The position numbers and the translations under genes were made by a program. This document shows positions 24,572 to 36,520 of a stretch of 48,446 bases of DNA, in pieces; within the stretch, counting starts at the first letter, position 1, and each line of letters opens with the position of its first letter. The notes beneath the pieces were generated by a model. The model worked only from the letters and a program-made list of their open reading frames with translations, ran no database searches and was not told the origin of the DNA. The DNA comes from Octopus bimaculoides. Taxonomy: Eukaryota. The stretch is taken from positions 29,036,579 through 29,085,024 of the forward strand of contig NC_068997.1 of the NCBI RefSeq assembly GCF_001194135.2. The letters are read 5' to 3'.

Positions 24572-25862
24572 CTGAAAGTAAAAGAATTTTATTATTAAAG
24601 CATAAGAAAAAGAAGTTTAAAATAAGATTGTGTAAAAAAAAAAAAAAAAAAGAAAATTACAGGTGTACAGACACCTTAACGATCATTGAAGAAATTAATA
24701 ATGTTATGTCATATTGGTTCTAAATTTTGGTAAAAGGCCAGCAATTTCGAGGGATTACATCAACCTCAGCATGCAACTGGTACTTATTTTATTGAACCTG
24801 AAAAGATGAAAAGCAAAGGTGACCTTGGCAGAATTTGAACTGAGAATGTAAAGACAAATGAAATGCTTCTAAGAATTTCACCCAGAGTGCTAATGATTCT
24901 GCCAGTTCACCACCTTAAAAGATATACTAATAAGAACATGTCATTTTGGTGTATTACGCTTTTGAAAACAATCACAAGGCTTATGTTTTTTGTTCATACC
25001 ATCCTGTTCTGTAATTCATAACAATAAAATAGACAGGAATCTTGAAACATGGAACTCAGAGCAGTAATAAAATTGCTTTTATCTGCAAAACTAATAAATT
25101 GTTCCAACACCAAAGTTTTAGATGTGTTGAGTGAAAATTGTTCAACTCTTCAGAATTTATTGAAATTTCAGAATTTGAACAAATATAATCAAGATGGGCA
25201 AAATTTTACAATGGCACAATATGAATAATTCCAAAACTTGGCACATAGCCACACATTTTAGGAGACATGGTCCCTTCAATATAATCAACTTGATTATTCC
25301 AAAAAATAAAATCCAAGTTCATTCTTGGAATGATTGAACTAAAGGGACAGAACAACAGGCATTTTGTCTAACTGATTCTGTTGTCATTCACTGTTGTCAA
25401 TGGCAACATAATGATTTCAGATATCTTGGAACAAAATAACCATTTCAAATTTCAAGCACAATGCCAGCAAAATTTAGGGGACCCTGAAAGGATGAAAGGC
25501 AAAGTGGATCTCAGCAGCATTTGAACTCAGAATGTAAAAAGAAGCAAAATGCCAGTAAGCATTTTGTCCAACTAACGATTCTGCCAGCTTGCCATTTTAT
25601 CTAGGAACATCATGAAAAAGAGACTTCAGTTGAGGACTTCCTAAACTAATAGATGAATATAATTTTTACCACTTTAAATGATGACTGTGAAATCATTCAA
25701 CTGAAATCTCTCTGCTCTCCAACCAGCCCCAATGAAGGTAGGTATTTGTGCCCACAACTACATGGGTGTTTAAAAAAACATTAGTGAAACACACTGTACA
25801 TACTGATACCAAGTCATATTTGGTTGTGAGAGACAAACACATATATTAAATCAATGACTTAC

Positions 25863-25983
25863 TTTCCATGTTTCTTCACTGTAAGGAAAGAATGTTCAAT
25901 TTCTCCATTTGGACAACAAGTTTTTAAATGTATATGTTTTGAATGTTTACGAGGGGTCTGTAGAACTCGAGGCCAGTTGGTAC
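25863..25983 (-). CDS. METTL17: METTL17 exon 14: (G)TNWPRVLQTPRKHSKHIHLKTCCPNGEIEHSFLTVKKHG(K)
   Basis: ttttag / gtaagt, 121 nt, phase 1 to 2; WPR......K...H.H...CCP.G motif. Confidence 0.96.
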
Positions 25984-26226
25984 CTAAAACTTGAAGAACA
26001 ACAAAAATAGAACCTGAATTAATTAGAAAAATTACCTCAAGTAAGCTAATAAATTCTCTTTTTTTCTGAGCACATATGAATGTCTGTTTATGTGTCCACA
26101 TTTGATTAGGTGCACGCACATACAGATATATTTATATATATCCCTATACATACACTAATAAATGCATATATACCTCACATGTTCACAAATACATATAAAT
26201 ACTTTACTTTGTTATTCATATTTGTG

Positions 26227-26620
26227 TGTATATGTTGTACACATAGGCAGAGGCATGGCTTGCTTCCCAACCACATGGTTCTGAGTTCAGTTCCACTGCG
26301 TGGCACCTTGGGCAAGTGTCTTCTACTATAGCCTTGAGCTAACCAAAACTTTAGGAGTGGATTTGGTAGACAGAAACTGAAAGAATCTCATTGTGTGTGT
26401 GTGTGTGTGCCTTTGCATCTGTGCTTGTCCCCCCACCACCACTTTATAACCAGTATTGGTTTGTTTACATCCCCACAACTTAGTGGTTCAGCAAGAGACC
26501 AACAGAATAAGCACAGGCTTATAAACAAAAGTATAGGGGTCAATTCGTTCAACTAAAAATCCTTCAAGGCGGTGCCCCAGCATGGTCGCAGTCTAATGAC
26601 TGAAACAAGTAAAAGATAAA
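26227..26620 (+). mobile_element. Composite tRNA-derived SINE family C (head + (TG)n + tail)
   Basis: GGCATGGCT...CCCAACCACATGGTTCTGAGTTCAGTTCCACTGCGTGGCACCTTGGGCAAGTGTC...(TG)n...CAGCATGGTCGCAGTCTAATGACTGAAACAAGTAAAAGA; reverse partial copies at 5970-6250, 8525-8680, 33410-33530 and 45930-46090. Confidence 0.85.
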
Positions 26621-27729
26621 CGGAACATACATATGACTGAGAGATTAGTTAAACCAGTTAAAATGCTGTTTGTTTCACCCCCACCTATTACCAAATTTTG
26701 TCCTGGTGAAAGACATCTAACAATAGTCCAGTTTACCAAACAGCATAAAGAGTTCCAGTTCACGACACTGTAACCAAATCATTGTTCCACTGAATTAAAC
26801 TTTGAAGCCTAAATTTCCTTGTAAAGACAGCTAGAATAGGATGAAATCCACCAGACTGTATTTCCAACTACAGGACCATAATATAAATGTACACAAAACA
26901 CATGTAAGCACATTAACACACACGCCAAGTGTAGCCATCAAGCTCTGTTAGTTATATTTATTCCAAAACCTTTGGCCATATGATTCAGCCACAATTAACC
27001 AGTCCTGTACAATAGCACTGATTCCATTCCTTCTTACTTCCAATCAAGTTCTCGGTGTGGAGTTGTAGGAATCTTTGGCACTACAGACCACAAGCTTAAA
27101 GTATTACTTTAATCCTTTAGCATTTAAACTGGTCATATCTGACCAAAATATTCTACCTGTTTTATCTTCAAACTAGCCAGATCTGGCCACTCACACCTAC
27201 CTTGCAATGTCATTTTAAAAACAACCAATCACATCATTGAAATCTCAAAACTACAAGACAATGCATGATCAGTTCAAAACAAAGCAAATAAATAGGCATC
27301 ACATTTGAATAGGAAGGGGGTAAACTTTATAATAATGGAATAATTGTAATGTGACCGCCAGTAATCTCATCTATGTAATTGTTGTTATTAAACAATTAAA
27401 ATGATATGATTAAGGTTTCAATGTCTGGGTTGGCATGTTTTCATTATAACTGCATCTGCTGGTAACGAAGGAATAAAATTCAATTCTCCACATGAAATTC
27501 TTATTTACTGCTCATGTTTCAACTCCATGAATGAAGAATTATAGCACCATGTTTATCTGTAAGAGTGTAACTGTGTGTAGAAGTTCAGGCTGAGGGATTG
27601 TTTGAGAAAAAGGAAGAGAAATGCAATCAAGATCTACGAACAAATATAAATAATTAATTTATCATTCTTTTGATTGGATGACAATCTCAGTTCATTTCAT
27701 ATTATTCAAAATGATTTTAAAATGCTTAC

Positions 27730-27793
27730 CATCTTTCCTTTTGCCTTTCTGTAAAATTATATAGCAAAATCTTTCATTGATTTTCTTGTTTTT
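27730..27793 (-). CDS. METTL17: METTL17 exon 13: KNKKINERFCYIILQKGKRKD(G)
   Basis: attcag / gtaagc, 64 nt, phase 0 to 1; E.F.Y.IL.KG motif. Confidence 0.92.
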
Positions 27794-28870
27794 CTGAATA
27801 ATATTAACACAAAAACTATATTAATTAACAATAGAAATATTTAACAGTTTTAAATACAAAACAGAAATCTTGTAAAGCAAAAGACTAATCTTGGTTCAGA
27901 AATTGCAAACATGGACACTTTATTACTTAAAATCTAATTTTGTCCCTGACTGGAAATTAGAAGAAGAAATTGGAAGAAATTAGAAGAAATTTAGAAGAAA
28001 TTGGTTTTGTTGTTCTTATTCTTTTTAAAATGTAAGGAAATTTGAAGAGCAACATGTTTTAGTGGGAGTCCAAGAGGATTGTAGAAGACTATCGAAAGCA
28101 AAGAATCTTGTTGGAAAATGCTGCCAGTTATTTGCAACACAAGTAATTTGTTAATCACTGTTTTTCTATATCAGTCAAAGCTAACTTTATCTAAGCATGA
28201 GGTAGCTAGTGGATACTTCCTGCCGATGGTATGCAAAGATGAAGAAATCTCAGATTTGATAGTTCCATCACCAGTGCTGGATGCTTTTCATCTGCCTTTT
28301 AGCACTACACATCTATACAAGATGCTTTCTCAGGACAAATACTGCCATTCTGCAGCTTTCAACAGTATATTAAGTAAGATATACATAATGCTATTTTGAG
28401 CTAATACTGCTTCTGGTGCTAATAACGAATTTTGATTTTGGTAATAATAGAAAATAAGATGTAGAGAGGTAAACACAACGGAGGGTTTTGACTGAGAATA
28501 AAGTAGCACCAGCAAATTTAGAAATTACTATTAAATATTTCAAAGTTGTCCATTATATTATCAAAACCTCAGAGTAAGGATACAACATGTAAGGCCAGAT
28601 TATAAAGGTTATTAGTATAGGAAGAATAATCAGAACAATGAAATAGATGAGGAATCAATAAAGTAATTACTCTACATGCAAGAAATAGTAGCTAAGTCTC
28701 CCTCAAATCATATTCCAGGACAGTGGATAAAATAGCCCTAGAAACACTGAGGTTGTGACCGGAATACATTTCATCATTGGTCCACTCAATCTGTGCTGGC
28801 CTGAGGCTAAACAAAAACTGAATATTTGAAATAATAAAAAAGAATTGAAAACATCCAAATTGATGCTTAC

Positions 28871-28972
28871 CACAACAAAATCAAAGTGCTTGAATGTAAC
28901 TTGAAAATTACAAGGGATTTTTTTACTTTCTTTATTTTCTTTAATCATTGGGCAAGGCAGATCATGAGGGCA
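28871..28972 (-). CDS. METTL17: METTL17 exon 12: CPHDLPCPMIKENKESKKIPCNFQVTFKHFDFVV
   Basis: atctag / gtaagc, 102 nt, phase 0-0; CPH..PCP...C.F Fe-S motif. Confidence 0.96.
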
Positions 28973-29547
28973 CTAGATAAAAGAAATATCATGACAGAAA
29001 ATGTTATCTAAATGTTTCATAAGTAAAACAGAGAAAGAAAACATTTAATCAGAGAAGAGGCAATGCAACTATTCAACCTCTCCTGACTAGTGAGATTGAT
29101 AAAGTTGATGTTCACCAGAAACTTCTATAAGGTGATGCATGGAAGGAAAATGTGAGCTGAGGATTTTCTGGAGATTGCAATTCTGAGTAGAAATTATAAT
29201 AATAAGCATTTAATACAGAGTATAAATAAACAATAGTTTAACCCTTTAGCATTTAAACTTGTCATATCTGACCAACATTTTCTACTTGTTTTATGTTCAA
29301 AACAGCCAGTTCTGGCCTCTCACACCTACTCTACAATGTCCTTCTAAAAATATACAATCATGTCATCAAAATTGTAAAGTTATGAGATAATCCATGATTA
29401 ATTGAAAACAATATGAATAAATAAGAAATATAATTAACTAATTTAGTTATTGTTCACAAGAATGGAAAAGAACACATTACATATGTCAGCGCTAAATAAT
29501 AAACTAACAACAACTGAAAAACATTAAGGCCACAAGGTTATACTTAC

Positions 29548-29589
29548 AGGAGAGAATACTGTAGCCTCATCTGATGTTTCAGAGTTTTT
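29548..29589 (-). CDS. METTL17: METTL17 exon 11: KNSETSDEATVFSP
   Basis: ctttag / gtaagt, 42 nt, phase 0-0; VFSP joins CPH to give the conserved VFAPCPH. Confidence 0.9.
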
Positions 29590-31313
29590 CTAAAGAGAAA
29601 AAACATGTATATACTTCTTGAATTATGCAACAGAAGCAGTTCTACAGTAAAAACAATCAATGTAAAATACATAATGTAAATGTAGTTGTAAAGTCAGATG
29701 CTGCGGCTTTCTTCTGGGAAAAATCCCTTTATAGACGTATTGCATTAAAAAACACAACATACTTCAGAACAAGGCAAAACAAAATTGCTCCAAGAATAAC
29801 ATACGTATTTCACTGTTGTTGCAGCTTATCAATGCCACATGTTCATGTCTTTTTTTTAAATTTTTAATAAATGTACATTATAAGTTAATGAAGGAGAACC
29901 AAGAAGTTGTTGACATTACATCTACATCAATATCAAAAATATTAATGTAGTTTAAATTAACAAAATGCCTACTCCAGCTGGAAATCTAAGCCAAGCAATT
30001 GGAATATTTCCAATGCAGCGTGGAATTTTGTCAGTGAATAGGTCGCGGTCTCAAAGCAATGAAAATATTTTGACAAAATAAATTTAAATGTTGAAGTGAA
30101 TCGGTTTTTTTGTGTTTTTAAATGGTTTATAAACACCTTCCATGCTGCAATTGTTTTTGCTTCAGCACACAATCTCAGATCAAGTCACTTGCTATGCAAG
30201 TACATTTCCTTATTCATAATGTTTAGATCTTAAGGCAAATTATAACACATGCCTGCTAAAGATGTTGGACTGCTGACCACATAATTATGCATTCAAATCT
30301 TTCTACTATCACAAAGTTTAATCAATAATATATCTACAAGAATAAATAATGTTACTTTTAAAAGCACCATTTCTTCTTGGTTACTTCATCTTACAAGTTT
30401 GACCAAACTGGTGTCTAAACACTTGAAACATTGAACAGACTTAGCTTTAAAATAATTGGATAATGTCTGCACAATAACCAAATGCAATTGTAGAAAGATG
30501 CATTTAACAACATTATCTGGTAGAATGTAGAGATAAAACTGCATATCATAAGACATTTCATCCAACATCCAACATCCATGACCATTCAGGTCAATTTTCG
30601 AACCTAACTCCTTTTCAAAATAACTTTTCTCTCGTTTGCACTTTAGGGAAAATGCTTGACAATATTTCTCTCAGCTCATTACTTTCCGAGTTCAAATTCC
30701 ACCACAGTTGACTTTGCTTTTCATCCTATCATCATCATTTAACATCTGTTGTCCATGCTGGCATGGGTTGGACGGTTTGACTGGGCTGGCACTTGGGGTC
30801 AGTAAAGTAAGTAGCAGTTGAGTACTGGGTCAATGTAATTGACTTGCTGCTTCCCCTAAAATTGATGGCATTGTGCCAAAATTAGAAATCCTTATTACAA
30901 TATGTTTCCATGATTCCAGGAATAGAGCAGCTTTGGAAAAGAAACACTGACTCATCTGTTTCAGTTAGGTTGAAGAAGGCAAGTTTAAGGCTTCGGTAGC
31001 AAATTAGTGCCAACCTTGTGTCTTAACAAAACGCCCAACTATATCTTTTAATGATTCCGTCACTACAGCATAATACAATATCTATATCTCTTGAATTATG
31101 ACTCGTGTAACCATAGCTGGTTCTTAACTTCTCGTTTCTTCTTTTTATACTGCATATAAAGTAGCAACTCTAAAAAAAAAACTAAATAAAAAATAAAAAA
31201 CCACACTCAAAATACAGTAATGAAAGGGTTAAAGATGATTGTTTAAAAAGGAAAAAAACTTGAATGAAATTTCATTTAAATTTCAATGTAAAGGAAATAA
31301 AAAGTTTCTCAAC

Positions 31314-31382
31314 CTTTAAGATGGTGTCTCTGACTTCAGATATCAACTGAAAACCGGAATTTGTTCCATTTTCAATAACTAT
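31314..31382 (-). CDS. METTL17: METTL17 exon 10: IVIENGTNSGFQLISEVRDTILK
   Basis: tttcag / gttgag, 69 nt; ENGT..GF..I...RD..L motif. Confidence 0.96.
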
Positions 31383-32044
31383 CTGAAATATACAATAATA
31401 CATTGAAACTATTCTGAGCAGATTCACTTGGATGATAGTAACTGGGACTGAACACAAAATTATGTGGTTGGGAAGCAAACTTCTTAACTACAAAGCCATG
31501 CCTGTACCTGTTCAATAGTAAAATTGAATAGTATTTCACTATATAATCATCATCATCGTCATTGATATTTAATGTCTGCTTTCCATGATGGCATGGGCTG
31601 GACGGTTTGACTGAGAACTAGCAAGCTGGGGAGTTGCACCAGGCTCTAATCTGATTTGGCAAGGTTTCTATGGCTGGATGCCCTTCCTAACGCCAACCAC
31701 TCCTAGAGTATAGTAGGTGGTTTTTATGCGCCACGGCACAGGTGCTAGTCAGCCAGCACTGGCTTCGGCCACACATAAATAGTGCTTTCTATGTGCCACC
31801 AGCACAGGTGCCAGTTAGGTGGCACTGGCATCAGCCATGCTCGAATGGTGCTTTTTACATGCCAGCAGCACAGGTCTCAGTCAGGTGGCACTGGCATCAG
31901 CCACACTCATATAAATATATGCTTATTACTGATGTGTGTAAGTGTATAAAAAAAGGAAGATTATATTAAAATAAAATAGAAACTTCTAGAATGAAAGATA
32001 ATTAAATAGAGGAACAAATATTTTAGAGATATTTTAATACAAAC

Positions 32045-32152
32045 CAAGAAATCTTCTGTTAAATCCCAAAGATTGTGGATTACTTTCAGTCGAGCTTGCC
32101 TTGATTCCAGCTCAAATAAGGAATAGGAGCAGACTACTAAATTGTACAATTT
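32045..32152 (-). CDS. METTL17: METTL17 exon 9: KLYNLVVCSYSLFELESRQARLKVIHNLWDLTEDFL
   Basis: ttacag / gtttgt, 108 nt; (D/N)LVV.SYSL.EL....R......LW motif. Confidence 0.96.
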
Positions 32153-32591
32153 CTGTAAATAAAAAAAATATTTATGAATCCAGAAAGAAAGAAATATATG
32201 AACGGAAGCTAACATGCAGAGTAGTTTTATTGTTGCTTAGCCCCAGCTGGATGCCCTTCCGAACACCAAATGGTAAAAGTATTTCATTAGTTTCAAGTGC
32301 CAGTTTCAGAGTATAGACCAATTGTCAATCATAAAACTGTTAATATAACAACAATAGCATAAGAAATGGAGATAGTTTAGCATTTCTTGAGATAAAGAAT
32401 TAATTCCAATGCGAGGAGACAAAGCTCTAAGTATAGGGCAAGCTGAATGCCATTCATACACAAACACAAACTGAGAGATGAAGACGTGAAGTAAAAAAAA
32501 AATTGTGTACTCTTTTATCATGAATTAGGAATAAATATAGACAAACAAACAAACAAACAAAGCCATCATATAAGAATTTAAAACTACATAC

Positions 32592-32662
32592 CTCTCTCTG
32601 AGAAGGCATAAACTGTCTTAAATACACTCCTGATACATGCATTTCTTTTTGTTCTTCACCAT
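32592..32662 (-). CDS. METTL17: METTL17 exon 8: (D)GEEQKEMHVSGVYLRQFMPSQRE
   Basis: ttttag / gtatgt, 71 nt, phase 1 to 0; GV..RQF.P motif. Confidence 0.96.
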
Positions 32663-32868
32663 CTAAAAAACAAAACAAAATTCTAAGTTAAATCAAATAA
32701 TTATTTCCTTTGAACATCCATTTACAATCTGCTCGCTTACATACGGCTAATAATTGCTTTTCAATGATACAGTTGTTTCACCTTCAACATAATTGCAAAT
32801 TAAGTCATATTAAACAGGTACAACTCTGAAATAGGGTTATGTAAAACTATCATTTTCTGATTGCTTAC

Positions 32869-32963
32869 CTTGTAGTAACAATCGACATAGGATATTCATA
32901 TCAGCAGAAACATCATGGGCAAAATATTCAAAAATATTGTTATTCCATATCTTATTGCAGGCC
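32869..32963 (-). CDS. METTL17: METTL17 exon 7: (W)ACNKIWNNNIFEYFAHDVSADMNILCRLLLQ(D)
   Basis: ttaaag / gtaagc, 95 nt, phase 2 to 1; WA...IW....EY...D.S..M motif. Confidence 0.93.
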
Positions 32964-34565
32964 CTTTAATAATAAAATATANNNNNNNNNNNNNNNNNNN
33001 NNNNNNNNNNNNNNNNNNNNNNNNNNNNNNNNNNNNNNNNNNNNNNNNNNNNNNNNNNNNNNNNNNNNNNNNNNNNNNNNNNNNNNNNNNNNNNNNNNNN
33101 NNNNNNNNNNNNNNNNNNNNNNNNNNNNNNNNNNNNNNNNNNNNNNNNNNNNNNNNNNATATATATACATATATATATATAATAATTAAAGAAAATAGAA
33201 TCGTGATCGGAATGCATTTTATCTTTTGCTTTTATCTCCACCACTCCTCCACCTTTTATCTAAATGCTTGGTAACGAATGAATATCTTTTATCTTTTACT
33301 TGTTTCAATCATTAGACAGCAGCCATGCTAAGGCACCACCTTTAAACATTTTCTAGTCAAACAAATTGACCCCAATAGTTATTTTATTAGTTTCTTTTGC
33401 TGAACCATCTACCAAATCCACTCACAAGGTTTTGGTTGGCCCAAGGCTATAGCAGAAGACATTTGCCCAAGGTACCACGCAGTGGGACTGAACGTGGAAC
33501 CACACGGTTGGGAAGCAAGATTTTTACCCGCAAGATGTTTTACAATGAATAACAAACAACAAGTCATACTGCTGCTTATCTAGATAAGGTGAGAAAAGTA
33601 TGCATGCATAATTTGCAAGCTATATTGGACCTCAGATGTCAAAAACATGAGAAACATAAGAAAATCATATTACATAAGTTAGTAACAATCCCTATTCTGA
33701 ATGATGAAATTCAGGAAGACATCCTCATCATCACCTTTTAATGGTCATCTTTCATTCTGGCATTGATTGGACAATTGACAGGACCTGAAGGGTCTGAGGT
33801 CTGCACTGTGCTTCGAAGTCTGCTTTAACAAGGTTTCTATTGCTGAATGCCCTTCCTAATGCCAACCACTTTGCAAAGTGTTCTGGGTGCTTTGTTCATG
33901 GCAGCAGCACTAGTGAGGTCACTGATGGTCAAAAGATGACTGACCAATAAATATTGTCTTGACATTGCATGATGGTTGCAAACGAGTGTCACCAAGATGC
34001 AAGCAGCATCTTTGATTTCCAATCTTCCATGAAAAACATGTCTGGCCATGAGGAAATATTACCTCACTCAGAAACAAGTGAGGGTTGGTGACAGAAAAAG
34101 CATCCAGCTGTAGAAGATCTGCCACAATGAATTTCATCTAAACCATGCACGAAAAAATGGTCATTAGAAGAAGAATGGTGGTGGTGGTGGTGGTGATGGG
34201 GACATTAGGAGAGAGGTATGTTATTATTCTACTAGCCTCGTTAAATTAGTTGCAAACATACTAATTACAATCAACATGAGTGACTGGTGTAAAATATCAC
34301 TTTTAACAATCTATATATATTATAAATAATTGACTTTATAAACACCACCTAATTCTATTATAGGACAATATTTGTTTAAAAAAAACAATCACAATTGAAA
34401 ATTAAAAACAAAAGACCTCAATGTTAACAAAATGATTATTTCCAAATAACAAGTTCAAAGTTTAACATAGGTAGAAAAGTTAATGAGTCAGACCAAAGTC
34501 AAAGATAAATTTATAAGAATTAAAATAAAATCAAATAAAATCCATGAAGTAGTTTATTAATTTAC

Positions 34566-34639
34566 CAAATAGTGGAACCGGTGCCAGAGCCAAAATCAAA
34601 AACATTTCTTGGTATATAATCTGGAACTCGCTTTACAAT
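34566..34639 (-). CDS. METTL17: METTL17 exon 6: IVKRVPDYIPRNVFDFGSGTGSTI(W), SAM-binding motif I
   Basis: ccacag / gtaaat, 74 nt, phase 0 to 2; DFGSGTGS motif. Confidence 0.97.
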
Positions 34640-35191
34640 CTGTGGGACATAAATAAAATCAGACAACTGCTTTAAAATTTAAAGAGTTTAAAGTAATAAA
34701 TGGCAGACATTAATAATAATAATAATAATAATCCTTTCTATTATAGGCACAAGGCCTGAAATCCAGGGGAGGGAGATAGTCGATTACATCACCCCCAGTG
34801 TTTCACTGATATCTAATTCATCAACCTCGAAAGGATGAAAGGTAAGTCAACCTTGGTGGAATTTGAACTCAGAATGTAGCAGCAAACAAAATACCACTAA
34901 GCATTTCGCCCGGCATGCTAACGACTCTGCCAGTTCGCCACCTTAGAATCTTAGAATAATAAATAACAATAATAGTAATGATAATTCTTTCTACTATAGG
35001 CACAAACCTGGAATTTGAGGGGAGGGAGGTAGTCAATTACATCAACTCCAGTATCTGACTGGCACTTAATTTATCAATCCCACAAAGAAGAAAAATCGAC
35101 CTCGGTGGAATTTGAATTCAGAACATAAAGATGGATGAAATGCCACTTAACATTTTACCCAGCATGCTAACAATTCTGCTAGCTCACCACC

Positions 35192-35223
<32 letters not shown>

Positions 35224-35333
35224 AATAATAATAATAATAATAATATAAGCAAATCACAGTCATTGAAATTTTTCCACATGAGTTCTGCCTTTTGATCTTG
35301 GTTAAACCATAAAAATGCTTAATCCATACATAC

Positions 35334-35415
35334 CTCATCGAGACACAGAAGAATTGCTGAGTAATTTGCGGGCATACGACTAACCATATACAGAAAGCTT
35401 TTATATGCATCATAC
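35334..35415 (-). CDS. METTL17: METTL17 exon 5: (K)YDAYKSFLYMVSRMPANYSAILLCLDE
   Basis: ttacag / gtatgt, 82 nt, phase 2 to 0; Y......YM..R....Y.A......E pattern. Confidence 0.95.
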
Positions 35416-35586
35416 CTGTAAGAGACAAATTAAGTTTCAATATATGATAGAAAAACCGTTGACAAGGTTTCTTCAATGTGGTTTTCTTTAAAAAGAATTT
35501 GTTAGTGGAGTGGTGTTACAGAATACACAAATAAAAATAACAGAAAGTGTTTTGGGAACATTTGAAAGCACAGTAGGGTTACATAC

Positions 35587-35683
35587 TTAATACTCTGCCA
35601 GTTATATGTTTGTTCCTTCATTAAATAAATAATTTTTTGCTGCAACTTTTTCTCCAGAACATCTTCATTCAAGTTCTGCATCT
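35587..35683 (-). CDS. METTL17: METTL17 exon 4: (K)MQNLNEDVLEKKLQQKIIYLMKEQTYNWQSI(K)
   Basis: ctttag / gtatgt, 97 nt, phase 1 to 2; TY.WQ motif. Confidence 0.92.
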
Positions 35684-36218
35684 CTAAAGATAAGCAAAAA
35701 AGTAATAATTAGAAGAAGGTTGATAAACATCAATAATTCTAGCAGGAAATATATATATATATATCATCATCATCATCATCGTCGTCGTCATCATTTAACG
35801 TCCGCTTTCCATGCTAGCATGGGTTGGACGATTTGACTGAGGACTGGTGAACCAGATGGTACACCAGGCTCCAATCTGATTTTGCAGAGTTTCTACAGCT
35901 GGATGCCCTTCCCAACACCAACCACTCAGAGAGTGTAGTGGGTGCTTTTACATACCTCCGTCATGAGATACTGGCAACGGCCACGCTCGAAATGGTGTAT
36001 TTTACGTGCCACCTGCACAAGGACCAGTCCAGCGGTACTGGCAACAAACTCACTCGAATGTCTATATATATTTATATAGCATTTGAACTTAGAACATAAA
36101 GACAGACAAAATGCTGCTAAGCATTTTGACTGACATGTTAACAATTCCGATAGCTTGCCACCTTATGGAAAAGGCTGATATTACAATTTTAGGCTAAAAA
36201 AATCTTTCAATATCTTAC

Positions 36219-36353
36219 TGCTTTTTTCCAAAACTTTGGCAGATATTTCTTTCAACTTCTTTTTCTTTTCATTTATTTCAATTGGTACTTGTCTTGCCCA
36301 TAGAGATCGGGCAAAACTTTCAGAAGCCGCTACAAGATTTTTCAGAGGATATT
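36219..36353 (-). CDS. METTL17: METTL17 exon 3: (K)YPLKNLVAASESFARSLWARQVPIEINEKKKKLKEISAKVLEKS(K)
   Basis: tgacag / gtaaga, 135 nt, phase 1-1; LW.R..P.E motif. Confidence 0.92.
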
Positions 36354-36430
36354 CTGTCAAAACAGATGAAAATAATTTTTTTAATTTGCAACAATAAAAA
36401 CAATTCATAATTTAAACAAGAAATTTATAT

Positions 36431-36520
36431 ATTTTTTTTAATGTAGTATATAATAATAATAGTAATAATAATATATTATAATTACTATTATTATTATTAT
36501 ATACTACATTAAAAAAAAAT
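36431..36520. repeat. About 90-bp near-perfect AT-rich palindrome
   Basis: T8-AATGTAGTATAT-(AAT)3-AGTAAT ... ATTACT-(ATT)4-ATATACTACATT-A9 read directly. Confidence 0.9.

Noticed and set aside
27950-28005. Four copies of an 11-12-bp unit (GAAGAAATTRG)
   Set aside because: Simple local slippage repeat with no further structure.
28063-28500. Protein-looking + strand frame (WESKRIVEDYRKQRILLENAASYLQHK...)
   Set aside because: More than ten stops in frame and no family recognised; cannot be supported as a pseudogene without a search.
28703-28780. C-box-like ATGATGA on the minus strand in a METTL17 intron
   Set aside because: No terminal CTGA D box or terminal stem, and no rRNA complement recognised.
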